Below, in pieces: positions 7,047-16,585 of a stretch of DNA of 64,000 nucleotides. The position numbers and the translations under genes were made by a program. The notes beneath the pieces were generated by a model. The model saw only the letters and a program-made list of their open reading frames with translations, was not told the DNA's origin and searched no databases. Source of the DNA: Candidatus Cryptobacteroides aphodequi (GTDB lineage Bacteria > Bacteroidota > Bacteroidia > Bacteroidales > UBA932); the NCBI GenBank assembly GCA_018065265.1, contig JAGHTP010000008.1, positions 466 through 64,465 on the forward strand, in the 5' to 3' direction. Within the stretch, counting starts at the first letter, position 1, and the number at the start of each line of letters is the position of its first letter.

Positions 7047-9542
7047 CTATTTCCCGCCGCTTACGCCGGCATTGCCGCCGCCACCGCCGATACGGGAGAT
7101 CTCTTCGAGGTTACCAACCTTGCGGGCGCGTGTCTGCTGAGCCTTACCGAAGTTCCAGCTGAGATTGAGCAGAACCTTCTGGTTGTTGTACTTCTGATTC
7201 AAGTGGATAGTGGTTGCGCCGGAAGGATCGAGCATCTCGAGGTTGTTCGTTCCTGTACGGAACAGATCGTTCACGCTCAGGCCCAGGGTCATCTTGCCGT
7301 CAAGCAAATTCTTCTTGAGTGCGAAATCGCTCTGGAAACGGGTTTCCACCTTGTAGATGCCGTACTTCATTGGGGAATTGATGAACGCATCCCAGTCTAT
7401 CTTCCAGTCTTTCGGCAAAACGAATGAGAGTTCCGTGTAGCCCTGGCAACTCCAGCCGCCGTTGCTCCAATCCGGGAATTCGGGGCTGTGCGAATCGGTG
7501 TAGATCCCGTTTACCGAGAGCGTCCAGTCGAGCCACTTGGTAAGAGGCACGGCCGAAGCGTTGAGCGCAAGATAGGCCATATGCTGGCGGCCGTAATTGC
7601 CCCAGATCAGGCATTTGGTGCCGTCGGCGTAATACTTGGGCAACTGCAGTATTTCGTTGTTCACATAGTTGTAGCCCAGATTGACGGACAGATGCCGGCC
7701 CAGGCCGCTGCCCATCGCTATTTCGTGGCTGTACTGAGGCTCGATGTAAGGGTCACCCACCGTGTAAGTAGTAGCGTCGATGTAGGTCTTCGTGGGATCC
7801 AGCTGCCCGTACTGGGGGCGCGTGATGCGACGGCTGTAAGTCAGGTAAAGCTGTGCCTTTTCCGAAGCGACATAGCCCAGATAAAGGGTCGGGAAGACAT
7901 TGAAGTAGCTTCGCGGTTCCGCCCCCTCCCAGCTTCCAAGCGCATAGGTGTTCTCTCCCCTGAGGCCAAGCTTTGCCGAAAGCCTCGGTGAAAGCTGTCC
8001 TGCGAAGGTGGAATAGACCGCAGCCACGTGCTCGTTATAGGAGAAGTTCCTGTCATCCGTAGCCGAAGGCTGGAAAACTCCTTCCACAAACTGATTGGTA
8101 TAGTTCTCTACCGTACGGCCGTCGATTGTCGAAAGCGCCCACTTGGCTCCGGCTTCGAGCATATACTTTCCGAAAATCACGCTCTGGTAGTCGACCTTCG
8201 CCGAACCGATATCGTAAAGATTGTCTGTAGCGATCGACTTGGATGCATCGTATGACGCCTCTGCGGGCTGTATTATGGAATATTCGTCCTTCTGCTCGTT
8301 ATTTGCCGTGGACGAGTTGTGATAGTAGTCGAAGTTTGCGGTAAGTTCCGCCCCGCGAGCCTCGTCAAAAATGTGCGTATAGTTGGTGTTGATGCTGTAC
8401 TGGCGGCTGAAATCGGTATTGGCAAGCACGCTTTCCATATTCTGCGATGCGAGACCGTTAATCTTATGCTCCGTTGTGCTGCAGACCGAATTGAACGACG
8501 AAGAGCTGCCGGGGGCGTAGAAAATCACACCTACCGTATTGCGGTCGTTGATGAACCAGTCGTTACCGATCTTGATATTGTAGTTCTTGTAACGGTTGCC
8601 AAGGAGCGAATAGGCGTTCTGCTCCACTGCGTGGCCGTCGGCATCCGAAAAGCTGAACTTACTGCCCATCACGAAGTCCATATTGTAGATGCCCTGATAA
8701 AGGTTCACCCAGGTATTGGTCTTCGCGGTACGCATCGCAACGTTAGCCCAAGCCGACTCCTGCCAGGGATAGCGGTCAAAGCCGTTCTCATTGAAATACA
8801 TTCCGCCTCCGCTTATGCCCATCGCTCCGCTGAAACCGGAGATTGCATTCTTCTTTGTCTTTATGTTGATGATTCCCCCCTGGCCTTCGGCATCATATTT
8901 CGCCGAGGGGTGCTCCATCAGTTCGAACTTGTCGATGTTTTCGCCGTTGGTGGAACGGAGCAGGGCTTCGAGCGCCTTGCCGTCCATATGAGACGGGCGG
9001 CCGTCGATCCAGACAGATACCGCCTTGCCGTTGAGTTTCACGTTTCCGTCCTTGTCAACGGTCACGCCGGGGGCTTTCTTGATTAGCTCAAGAGCGTTGC
9101 TGCCGCTTGCGAACGAACTCTGCGAGACGTTCATAACGAGTTTGTCGAGCTTCATTTCGACAAGTTTCACGCGGTCCGAGACCACGGCGCCGCGAATCTG
9201 TTCCGATTCGGGCTCGAGATAAACGGCGTCAAGCGTCATCGCCGCTCCGGCGACGTCAGCTTCAAGCGTGAGGGTGCTGTATCCCATCATTGAATACGAA
9301 ACCACACACTTGCCGGAGGGGACCCCGGGGATGGAATAGCGCCCGTCGGCATCGCAGGCCACGCCGGTTATGAGCGTGCTGTCGGGCTTCATCACCGCGA
9401 CAGTTGCAAAACCAAGGGCACTGCCGTCGGTCTTGTCATATACTGAACCGCTGATTGTGGTGCCTGCAGGCAGAATGTCGGCCGCAAAGGCACAGGTCGC
9501 GCCTAGAAGAAGGGCGGCTGTAAGAAAAATTTTAGTACGCAT
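7047..9542 (-). CDS. TonB-dependent outer-membrane receptor (CarboxypepD_reg-like N-domain plus beta-barrel)
   Basis: Signal peptide MRTKIFL..., plug motifs ELIKKAPGVTVD and PSAKYDAEG.GGIINI, and a C-terminal LSWNFG. Not SusC-type. Confidence 0.9.
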   Translation of the reverse strand: MRTKIFLTAALLLGATCAFAADILPAGTTISGSVYDKTDGSALGFATVAVMKPDSTLITGVACDADGRYSIPGVPSGKCVVSYSMMGYSTLTLEADVAGAAMTLDAVYLEPESEQIRGAVVSDRVKLVEMKLDKLVMNVSQSSFASGSNALELIKKAPGVTVDKDGNVKLNGKAVSVWIDGRPSHMDGKALEALLRSTNGENIDKFELMEHPSAKYDAEGQGGIINIKTKKNAISGFSGAMGISGGGMYFNENGFDRYPWQESAWANVAMRTAKTNTWVNLYQGIYNMDFVMGSKFSFSDADGHAVEQNAYSLLGNRYKNYNIKIGNDWFINDRNTVGVIFYAPGSSSSFNSVCSTTEHKINGLASQNMESVLANTDFSRQYSINTNYTHIFDEARGAELTANFDYYHNSSTANNEQKDEYSIIQPAEASYDASKSIATDNLYDIGSAKVDYQSVIFGKYMLEAGAKWALSTIDGRTVENYTNQFVEGVFQPSATDDRNFSYNEHVAAVYSTFAGQLSPRLSAKLGLRGENTYALGSWEGAEPRSYFNVFPTLYLGYVASEKAQLYLTYSRRITRPQYGQLDPTKTYIDATTYTVGDPYIEPQYSHEIAMGSGLGRHLSVNLGYNYVNNEILQLPKYYADGTKCLIWGNYGRQHMAYLALNASAVPLTKWLDWTLSVNGIYTDSHSPEFPDWSNGGWSCQGYTELSFVLPKDWKIDWDAFINSPMKYGIYKVETRFQSDFALKKNLLDGKMTLGLSVNDLFRTGTNNLEMLDPSGATTIHLNQKYNNQKVLLNLSWNFGKAQQTRARKVGNLEEISRIGGGGGNAGVSGGK

Positions 9543-9675
9543 ATTATGCAACAGGTGTTGCAAATATAGTGCCGCAATGCGAAAAACACAAAAATGATGG
9601 CCGTAAATCAACGATAAAGGGTTCGGCGGGCAGCAATCGTGTTTTCCTTCGGGCAACTTTTGTTATATTTGCCGT

Positions 9676-10386
9676 ATGAGACATCTGTTCATCGCAGCGC
9701 TGGCGGGCGGCATCTGCCTGGCAGCGAGTGCCCAGCCCAAGGAGATCAGCATACGCGAGTTCCGCACCCTCCCGGAATCGGATACGACAAGCTATACCAT
9801 CGGCGGAGTTATCGAAAAGTTCCGCAGTACAAGCACGCGCAGTTTCTATCTGAACGACGGCACGGCTTCGGTGCTGATCTATGGAATCGTAGATGGCGAA
9901 GGCCAGGTCCTCTCGTCCGCCCGGCTGCCGCTGAGTATCGGGGACTCTCTCTGCGTATGCGGCCGCAAGACAATCTATGATCGGACCGTAGTCGAAATGA
10001 AAAACGCCGTGCTTATCAGCTGTGCGAGGATGGAGGAACAGGCCGGGCTGGTGTTCTCCGGCGAGGCTGATGGGGTAACGCCGCCTCTTTTCAAGGGAAA
10101 AGACGCCAACACCTTTACGCCTTGGGTGAACGACCGCCTCTGCTATCCGGCTTCCGCATCGGCGAAAGGCCTGGACGGGAAGGTCGTTCTGTCCTTCTCT
10201 ATCGATACGGACGGAAAGCTTACTGACATCAAAGTCCTTCAGGGCGCCGACCGGGCGCTGAACGCCGAAGCCATACGGGTTGTCCGGAAATCGCCCAAAT
10301 GGACTCCGGGCAAGATTGACGGGAAGCCGGTAAAAGTAACATACACCTTCCCGGTTTACTTCTCCACCGGAAGAGACCTTGACTGA
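9676..10386 (+). CDS. Secreted OB-fold plus TonB C-terminal domain protein
   Basis: Signal peptide (ASA/QP), an OB-like region (YTIGGVI...FYLNDGTASVLIYG...IGDSL...G.K..Y), then TonB_C (YPASA...GKVVLSFSIDTDGK...AIRVV..SPKWTPG). Confidence 0.85.
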   Translation: MRHLFIAALAGGICLAASAQPKEISIREFRTLPESDTTSYTIGGVIEKFRSTSTRSFYLNDGTASVLIYGIVDGEGQVLSSARLPLSIGDSLCVCGRKTIYDRTVVEMKNAVLISCARMEEQAGLVFSGEADGVTPPLFKGKDANTFTPWVNDRLCYPASASAKGLDGKVVLSFSIDTDGKLTDIKVLQGADRALNAEAIRVVRKSPKWTPGKIDGKPVKVTYTFPVYFSTGRDLD

Positions 10387-10409
10387 CGCCGCAACGCGTC
10401 AGTTTTTTT
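10382..10409 (+). terminator. Intrinsic terminator
   Basis: ACTGACGC-cgcaac-GCGTCAGT followed by a T-run. Confidence 0.75.
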
Positions 10410-10482
10410 GCACGGTTTTAGACCCTGGAATAACCACCAGGGCGTCTGACTTCCTTCAACGGGGTTTCGCAAGTTCTCCGTT

Positions 10483-13086
10483 TTATATCCCCAACTCGCC
10501 CTTCAGGGCGCGGAGCAGGTCGAAAGCCTGCAGGGGGGTCATGTTGTTGAGGTCGGCTCCGGCGAGACGGTCGCGTACGCTTGCGAGCGTGGGGTCGTCG
10601 AGCTGAAAGAATGAGAGCTGTACGCTGCCGTCTTCGGCAAGGTCGCCGTTGCGGCTCATTGCTACGGCGCCGCGTTCGCGGGCCTCGAGGTCACGAAGGC
10701 TCTTGTCGGCAAAATCTATCACCTCCTGGGGCATACCGGCAAGCCTTGCGACGTGGATACCGAAACTGTGGGCAACTCCGCCAGGCTGCAGTTTACGAAG
10801 GAAAATAACCTCCGTTCCCTGCTCCTTCACCGCGATGTGATAGTTCTTGACCCTGGGGTACTTGTCCTCAAGGTCGTTCAGTTCGTGGTAGTGCGTCGCA
10901 AACAGGGTTTTGGCACCGTGTCCGTATTTGTGGATGTACTCCACAAGGCCGCGGGCGATGCTCATACCGTCGTAGGTGCTGGTTCCGCGCCCGATCTCGT
11001 CGAGCAGAACAAGCGAACGCGCCGAAAGGTTGTGCATTATCATCGATGTCTCCAGCATCTCCACCATAAATGTGGACTCTCCGCGGGAAATGTTGTCCGA
11101 TGCTCCAACACGCGTAAATATCTTGTCGAACCATCCGAAACGGGCCGCTTGCGCGGGCACAAACGAGCCAATCTGGGCCATCAGCACTATGAGCGCGGTC
11201 TGGCGCAGAAGGGCCGATTTACCGGCCATATTCGGACCGGTGAGTATCATTATCTGTGTGTCGCGGCTGTCGAGCGTCACGTCATTGGGAACGTACTCTT
11301 CGCCGGGCTCCATAAGAGTCTCAATGACCGGGTGGCGGCCCTGGACGATTTCAAGCGAATTGCTGTCATCCACCACGGGGCGACAGTAGTTCCTCTCCAC
11401 GGCCTGCAGGGCGAATCCCTGTAGCACGTCGACTTGCGAAACGATTGCACAGTCGCCCTGAATCTCGCGTATATGCTTCTGCACCTCGGCGATCAGTTCG
11501 CTGTAAAGCTTCGACTCGAGTTCGTAGATTCCGGCTTCGGCGCCGACTATCTTCTCTTCGTATTCCTTGAGTTCCTGGGTTATGTAGCGCTCCGCGTTGA
11601 CGAGCGTCTGTTTGCGTATCCATTGCTCCGGCACGCGGTCGCGATAGGCGTTGCGCACCTCTATGTAGTAGCCGAAAACGTTGTTGAAGCCTATCTTGAG
11701 CGACGGGATGCCGGAAATCTCGCTCTCCCTCTGCTGGAGTTCGAGCAGATAGTTCTTGCCTCCGCGCGAAATGTCGCGGAGCGAGTCGAGTTCGGCCGAT
11801 ACGCCCGGCGCGATTATGTCTCCCTTTCCGAGCCCGCCGGCCGGGTTTTCGAGGATTGTGGACTCTATCTTTGCGCGCAGGTCATCACAGGCCTTCATCC
11901 CGCTTGTAAGGCGTGCTGCGGCCTCACTGCCGGCGCATATATCCTTGATGGGCTGCATACGCCCGAGGCTTCTTGCGAGCTGACGCATCTCGCGGGGAAG
12001 TATCTTGCCCGTCGCGGCGCGTGAAACTATACGTTCAAGGTCGCCTATCTCGCTGAGGGCGGCCTGCAGGTCGCCGAGAGCCTCGGCATTGTCAACAAAG
12101 TACTGAACTATGTCGAAACGCGCATTCAGGGCCTTGCGGTCAACCAGAGGCATTGCCAGCCACTGGCGCAGAAGGCGCGACCCCATAGGCGTGCAGCAGC
12201 GGTCAATGGTCTGTACGAGCGACACGCCGTCGCTTCCCGCCGCGCTCTGGAAGATTTCGAGATTGCGGAAGGTGAAGCGGTCCATCCACACGAAACGGCC
12301 TTCGTCGATGCGCGAAATGCTGCAGATGTTCTTCAACCCGACGTGCTGGGTCTGCTCGAGGTAGAAGACCAGCGCACCAGCCGAACATACGGCAAGAGGC
12401 ATACTGTCAACGGCGAAGCCCTTGAGGCTCTTTACGCACAGCTGACGGCAGAGTTTCTCGACGGCCGAGTCATATACGAACGCCCACTCTTCGATTGAGG
12501 AAATGTACGCCTGAGCGCCGAATTTGTCCTTCACGGCCTTGGCAACATCGCGGGCGCAGACAATCTCCTTGGGCGCGAACGAAGCCATAAGGGTGGCTAT
12601 GTAATCCGTCGCGCCCTGGGCTATCTGGAAGGTGCCTGTAGATACGTCCAGGAACGCCGCTCCGCACTCGCCATCTTCGAACGAGAGGGCGCAGAGGAAA
12701 TTGTGCTCCTTAGTATCGAGCATCCCTTCGCCGAAGGCGATGCCAGGGGTCAGAATCTCGGTGACGCCGCGCTTGACGAGCTTGCGTCCGGCAAGTTTAG
12801 GGTCTTCGAGCTGGTCGCATACCGCCACCTTGTATCCGGCGCGTATAAGTTTCTGGAGATACCCTTCTATGGCGTGATGGGGGAAGCCGGCCATTGGCGT
12901 GGGTTCCTTGTCGCCGTTGCTGCGCTTGGTAAGCACGAGGCCGAGCACCTTGCTCGCAAGCAGGGCGTCGTCGGAATAGGTTTCGTAGAAATCGCCTACG
13001 CGATATAGCAGCAATGCTTCGGGGTACTGCGCCTTGACGGCGAAGTACTGCTTGAGCATAGGAGTATCTTCCTGAATCTTAGCCAT
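10483..13086 (-). CDS. mutS: DNA mismatch repair protein MutS
   Basis: Motifs TPMLKQY, RVGDFYE, TGPNMAGKS, ESTFMVEM and DEIGRGT. Confidence 0.98.
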   Translation of the reverse strand: MAKIQEDTPMLKQYFAVKAQYPEALLLYRVGDFYETYSDDALLASKVLGLVLTKRSNGDKEPTPMAGFPHHAIEGYLQKLIRAGYKVAVCDQLEDPKLAGRKLVKRGVTEILTPGIAFGEGMLDTKEHNFLCALSFEDGECGAAFLDVSTGTFQIAQGATDYIATLMASFAPKEIVCARDVAKAVKDKFGAQAYISSIEEWAFVYDSAVEKLCRQLCVKSLKGFAVDSMPLAVCSAGALVFYLEQTQHVGLKNICSISRIDEGRFVWMDRFTFRNLEIFQSAAGSDGVSLVQTIDRCCTPMGSRLLRQWLAMPLVDRKALNARFDIVQYFVDNAEALGDLQAALSEIGDLERIVSRAATGKILPREMRQLARSLGRMQPIKDICAGSEAAARLTSGMKACDDLRAKIESTILENPAGGLGKGDIIAPGVSAELDSLRDISRGGKNYLLELQQRESEISGIPSLKIGFNNVFGYYIEVRNAYRDRVPEQWIRKQTLVNAERYITQELKEYEEKIVGAEAGIYELESKLYSELIAEVQKHIREIQGDCAIVSQVDVLQGFALQAVERNYCRPVVDDSNSLEIVQGRHPVIETLMEPGEEYVPNDVTLDSRDTQIMILTGPNMAGKSALLRQTALIVLMAQIGSFVPAQAARFGWFDKIFTRVGASDNISRGESTFMVEMLETSMIMHNLSARSLVLLDEIGRGTSTYDGMSIARGLVEYIHKYGHGAKTLFATHYHELNDLEDKYPRVKNYHIAVKEQGTEVIFLRKLQPGGVAHSFGIHVARLAGMPQEVIDFADKSLRDLEARERGAVAMSRNGDLAEDGSVQLSFFQLDDPTLASVRDRLAGADLNNMTPLQAFDLLRALKGELGI

Positions 13087-14439
13087 TTATATAATGAGGT
13101 TCGTAGCGAAAATAACAGCGATCATCACCGGAATGATCCACCGCACAAGGAAGTAGAGGAACTTGAACAAGCGCACGTTCACAGTGCCGTGGTTCGTGAA
13201 TTCCTTGTAAACATCGTCCTTTTTCATCTTCCAGCCCACGAAGATGGCGAACGCCAGGGCGCCGAACACCATCAGATAGTTGGATGTCAGAACGTCGCAG
13301 AAGCCGAATATCGTGCGGTTAAAGATGTGCACGTCGCTCAGCACGCCGAACGAAAGCGAGCACAGAACGCCCACGACCCAGGCCGCGGCGAATATGAGCG
13401 TACAGGCGGCCGGGCGCAAAACCCCCTTGCGTTCCACCAGATGCGCAACACAGACCTCGAACATCGAGATAGCCGAGGTGAGAGCCGCGGTCAGGATGGC
13501 GACGAAGAAGAGAATCGTGATTATGTAGCTTATCACAGGAGCGTTCTCGCTCATCTCTGCGAAAATATACGGTAAGGTTTCATAAACCAGCGCCGGACCC
13601 GAACCGGGAGCGAGACCAGCCGCAAATACGGCGGGCATTACGGCAAAGCCGGCGAGAATGGCGAAGAAAGTGTCGAAAACTCCGGTCAGCGCCGAAGATG
13701 CCGCAATGTTCTCCTCGCTGCGCAGGTAGCTCGAATAGATGAGTACGCATCCTACACCAAGGCTCATCGAGTAGAAGGATTGGCCCATTGCATAGGCAAC
13801 GCACGAAAGGTCAAGCCTGGAGAAATCCGGCTTGATGAGGTATTTGACGCCCTCGCCCGAACCGGGAATCGTAAGCACGTATCCCGCTATCACGACCATC
13901 AGCAGAAACAGGATCGGAATCGTGATTTTGGAGAACTTCTCTATGCCGTTCTTGACACCGAGCCTTACAATCAGGGCTGTGACCCCCAGGAATACCGTGT
14001 GCGCAAAAATGGGCTCCCATATCGACGAAGACATCTTGCCGAACATAGACAGCCCTTCGGCGCCGGAACTTGATACGGGGCCGGAAATGCAGCTCCTTAC
14101 CAGGAAATCGACGGACCATCCACCCACGACACTGTAATACGACACTATGACGAAAGCACAGATTACCGTCAATACGCCCACATACTTCCATTTTGTACCG
14201 GGCGCGAGACGCACCATCGCCTCGTATGTTCCCCTGCGCGCACTGCGGCCTATTATGATCTCGCAAAGCATTGTGGGCAGCGATATGCACAACGTACAAA
14301 GAATGTAGACTACAATGAACGCCGCGCCGCCGTGTTCTCCCATAATGTAGGGAAATCGCCAGATGTTGCCAAGGCCTATAGCCGATCCGGCCAAGGCCAT
14401 TATGTAGCCCGTCTTGCTTGCAAACCTTTCTCTAGCCAT
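13087..14439 (-). CDS. Sodium-dependent transporter (NSS/SNF family)
   Basis: GSAIGLGNIWRFPY signature and many transmembrane helices. Confidence 0.95.
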   Translation of the reverse strand: MARERFASKTGYIMALAGSAIGLGNIWRFPYIMGEHGGAAFIVVYILCTLCISLPTMLCEIIIGRSARRGTYEAMVRLAPGTKWKYVGVLTVICAFVIVSYYSVVGGWSVDFLVRSCISGPVSSSGAEGLSMFGKMSSSIWEPIFAHTVFLGVTALIVRLGVKNGIEKFSKITIPILFLLMVVIAGYVLTIPGSGEGVKYLIKPDFSRLDLSCVAYAMGQSFYSMSLGVGCVLIYSSYLRSEENIAASSALTGVFDTFFAILAGFAVMPAVFAAGLAPGSGPALVYETLPYIFAEMSENAPVISYIITILFFVAILTAALTSAISMFEVCVAHLVERKGVLRPAACTLIFAAAWVVGVLCSLSFGVLSDVHIFNRTIFGFCDVLTSNYLMVFGALAFAIFVGWKMKKDDVYKEFTNHGTVNVRLFKFLYFLVRWIIPVMIAVIFATNLII

Positions 14440-14929
14440 TTATCTTTTTATACACTACAAACTCGTATTTCCAGCCCGTCGGCTCGTCGGTGAAGCTTTC
14501 GGAGCGGCTTGCAACCTCCCACTTCGAGAGGTCGATTTCGGGGAAGAACGCATCGGCGTCTTCGACCACGGTATGGACGTGAGTGATGTAGAGTTCGTCC
14601 ATATCGTCTATTGCGGCGCGGTAAACCGAGGCCCCGCCTATTATGAAGCATTTCTCGGCGCCGGAAAAATCGGCCATTCCGTATGCGTCATCGAACGAAA
14701 GCGCGGTGAACACACCTTCGATGGGGTCTCCGCCGGCGTTGAGCACGACATTGAGCCTGCCGGGCAGCGGGAGGCCTATCGAGAAATAGGTCGTACGTCC
14801 CATTATCACAGGGAAGCCGGAGGTTGTCTTCTTGAAATACTTAAGATCCTCGCTAAGATGCCAGGGAAGCGCACCCTTGACACCTATTCCCCAGTTGTCG
14901 GCCACGGCCGCTATCATACATTTTTTCAT
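14432..14929 (-). CDS. folA: Dihydrofolate reductase
   Basis: Motifs GIG...LPWHL.EDL.YFK, VIMGR.T, PLPGRLNVV, IIGGA and DAFFP. Confidence 0.96.
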   Translation of the reverse strand: MKKCMIAAVADNWGIGVKGALPWHLSEDLKYFKKTTSGFPVIMGRTTYFSIGLPLPGRLNVVLNAGGDPIEGVFTALSFDDAYGMADFSGAEKCFIIGGASVYRAAIDDMDELYITHVHTVVEDADAFFPEIDLSKWEVASRSESFTDEPTGWKYEFVVYKKING

Positions 14930-15939
14930 TTCTCAACAGAAAAAGCGAAGATTATTGCCTGACTGAACACTTCTCCCGGCCTGAGCACGGTCGAAGGATA
15001 ATCGGGATGATTGGGGCTGTCGGGGAAATGCTGACACTCGAGAGCAACGGCGCAGTAGTCGTGATAAACGGCTCCGCCCTTGCCAGTCGGACAGCCTTCA
15101 AGCCAGTTTCCGGTATAGACCTGAATACCGGGCTGAGTGGTGCAGACCTTGAGCACTCGGCCGCTCTTTTCGGCATGAAGTTCGGCTGCGTCCTGCAGCT
15201 GGCCTTCGGTATAGCCGTCAATCAGCCAGCAGGCATCGTAGCCCTTGCCGTAGTTGAGGGCCGGAAAATCGGCCTTTATGTCGCGTCCAAGAGGTTTTGC
15301 GTTGATGAAATCCATCGGCGTTCCGGCAACAGCCTCCGACTCGCCTGTAGGAATGAGCGTATCGTCGGTGGGCAGGTATTCCGAAGCGTTGAGCTTGAGA
15401 GTATGGCCCAGAACACTTCCGCTGCCGTGTCCGTCAAGATTGAAATAGGCGTGATTCGTCAGATTCACGTGTGTGGGCGCATCGCACTGGGCGGTGAAGG
15501 TCAGACGGAGTTCGTTATCTTCGCTCCAGTCGTAACGGGCAACCACCTTGAGAGCACCGGGATAGCCCATCTCCCCGTCTTCGGCAAAATACAGGAACTC
15601 TACCGAAAGAGGTCCGATCTGACGGCTCTCCCAGATGCGGTTCTGGAAGCCTTCCGGCCCGCCGTGAAGATGGTTGGGACCATTGTTGATAGGGAGGGCG
15701 TACTCCTTTCCGTCCAGGGTAAAACGGCCTTTTGCTATGCGGTTCGCGTAGCGTCCCGGGCACTTGCCGGCACAGGGGCCGTCGCCAATGTAGGCGTCGT
15801 CATTGTCGTAACCGATTACGACATCATCGAGTTTTCCGTCCCTGTCGGGAACATTGATTGAAACGATTGCAGCTCCGAGACTGCTCAGCGTTACGCTGGC
15901 ACCGGAGGCGTTGGTAAGGGTGTATCTGGTGGCTTTCAT
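14926..15939 (-). CDS. galM: Aldose 1-epimerase (galactose mutarotase)
   Basis: Motifs GRYANRI, NHLHGG, NLTNHAYFNL, QVYTGN and ALECQ.FPD. Confidence 0.96.
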   Translation of the reverse strand: MKATRYTLTNASGASVTLSSLGAAIVSINVPDRDGKLDDVVIGYDNDDAYIGDGPCAGKCPGRYANRIAKGRFTLDGKEYALPINNGPNHLHGGPEGFQNRIWESRQIGPLSVEFLYFAEDGEMGYPGALKVVARYDWSEDNELRLTFTAQCDAPTHVNLTNHAYFNLDGHGSGSVLGHTLKLNASEYLPTDDTLIPTGESEAVAGTPMDFINAKPLGRDIKADFPALNYGKGYDACWLIDGYTEGQLQDAAELHAEKSGRVLKVCTTQPGIQVYTGNWLEGCPTGKGGAVYHDYCAVALECQHFPDSPNHPDYPSTVLRPGEVFSQAIIFAFSVEK

Positions 15940-16018
15940 ATCGCTTTGTGCAACAAAACACCAAATTTAGCAAAATTTTGCCGAATTCACTGCAGGGCCC
16001 TGTCGCAGAGCGCGATAA

Positions 16019-16585
16019 CTATTTCAAGAACTGTGATATCCAGTCGCCATCGATGAGGGCAAGGCCGGCGGACTTTTCGCGAATCACGGGGTTTCGCGAT
16101 ACAATTCCCTCGCAGTCGGAATACACGTTCGAGCCGACTGCTATCATCTGCATCTGCCCGTTCTCAGGATATGTGAGCACAATTTCGGAGTCGGCCCCTT
16201 CGGTGCGCAGGAACTTGAGGCGCTCATCCTTGCCAAGCTCCATCAGCGTAACGTATTTGCAAAGTTCCATTACGACGTCATCGAGGCCGGCGTTGAAAAT
16301 CTTCACCTTCTCGATAAGGGAACCGACGTCGCTCACGCGGCGGCAGGTATAACCTTCAAGCCCGGGAGAACTGATGGGCGCGTCGCTGAGAACCAGAAGA
16401 AGGCGCTCCACGGGGTCGTGATATACGAAGTTGCCTGTCTTCAGCGAGGGGGCGCCGCATTCTGGGCAAGTGGCCACGAAGAACGAGCCGTCCATAACGG
16501 CCTCCTTGAGTTCGGGATTGTCAGAGACGTTTATCGATTGCGGCAGCTCGGCCGCGAACTCCTTTGAACATTTACTGCAGATCAT
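16019..16585 (-). CDS. CpXC domain-containing protein
   Basis: CSKC...SINV...PELKE.VMDG.FF...CPECG....FVYHD, the CpXC pattern. Start overlaps the upstream stop (ATGA). Confidence 0.85.
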   Translation of the reverse strand: MICSKCSKEFAAELPQSINVSDNPELKEAVMDGSFFVATCPECGAPSLKTGNFVYHDPVERLLLVLSDAPISSPGLEGYTCRRVSDVGSLIEKVKIFNAGLDDVVMELCKYVTLMELGKDERLKFLRTEGADSEIVLTYPENGQMQMIAVGSNVYSDCEGIVSRNPVIREKSAGLALIDGDWISQFLK

